Assembly: GCA_032718475.1 (NCBI GenBank)
Contig: JAUCBJ010007094.1
Span: 1 to 61,167 of the forward strand
DNA: 61,167 nt
Source of the DNA: Nemertoderma westbladi
Lineage: Eukaryota; Animalia; Xenacoelomorpha
Direction of reading: 5' to 3'
A program made the position numbers and the translations under genes. The number at the start of each line of letters is the position of its first letter. The stretch's first letter is position 1. Positions 60,324 to 61,167 of this stretch are shown here, in pieces. A model generated the notes under the pieces. The model saw only the letters and a list, made by a program, of their open reading frames with translations. It was not told where the DNA came from and did not search any database.

Positions 60324-61167
60324 TACTTGTATCACAATCACTGACTTTTCACTGATTTGCCATATATTTTACAAGAATTCCATGACATATCAGCGCCCTG
60401 GATGAGTGCGCCCGGGAGGGGGGACGCCCCCCTACCCCCACCCCCCTCTCTACGCCTCCCTTTTGAAGGGCGGGCTTAACCACTCCAGGGGAAAATCAAC
60501 GTAAATAACATTCCGATTACTAGCAAAAATGAAACTGTGTTCTGTTCTGTTCTATGCTATGGACTCTAATTTATTGGTTTAGTTTTTCCACCGAAATGTG
60601 ATTTGCGTGAAACCTCACCAACAAAGCCCCACTCCTTGTCTTAATAATTTTGAGTGCTTTTGAGTCATGTTTCGAGTCATTCGAGATATTTTTGAGTTTT
60701 TGAGGCGTTACTATAATTTAATGATAAGGTAATTCACACAAATTATATTTGACTTTTATTAATTTGTATATATTCAAATAAACATAGTTTGCAGTCAAGT
60801 CATCCTTAGTAGATTTATTTATATAAGGCCTGATGAATGGATAATGTGGTACAAATTGTTTCCATTAATCCATTATATCATATATCAAAATATTTTTAAT
60901 TCGGACAGAGCCGACAAATAGAATAATAAATATTAAATGATAATAAAAACATAAAGAAGATAACCAGCTAAAATTGCCAACATAAAACATAAACAAACAT
61001 TAAAAATATACAGGGAAAGGTTAAAATTTAGATCGGGATAAAATACGAAACAAAGAAACGGTTGCGTGATGGAAGAAATCGAGCTAGAATCAGTTTTGAC
61101 GAAGGTCGGTAAGAAGCAAATTGTCCTGGGCTATTGTCCGTGGGCCAATTGTCCTACTGTAGTTCTT

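Overview
AT-rich animal (invertebrate-like) genomic DNA with one host gene, an Rx/Rax paired-like homeobox gene on the + strand. It has three phase-compatible coding exons (40589-40724 with the octapeptide HSIDAILG, 45329-45552, 45948-46481), a Q50 homeodomain and a C-terminal OAR motif. The largest feature is an 18.4-kb minus-strand BEL/Pao LTR retrotransposon (11948-30330, 5-bp TSD GGTTT) inserted in a 63-bp satellite array. This element is unusual in several ways. It has three LTRs: two near-identical outer copies and one internal copy with a different U3. It has no tRNA-type (TGG) primer-binding site; instead the 12-14 nt next to each LTR are complementary to a conserved motif inside the LTR, which suggests tRNA-independent self-priming. 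It also carries an extra 0.9-kb leader copy plus a 15-bp LTR tip beyond the 3' LTR, an in-frame TAA within the protease region, an integrase missing its catalytic core, and two small coupled ORFs after pol. The 63-bp satellite appears to derive from the 3' part of a tRNA-headed Nin/Deu-type SINE. The remainder is RTE- and CRE-type LINE fragments, several MITE families, minisatellites and TAAT-rich putative enhancers. Family assignments come from motif recall by eye, not from database searches.
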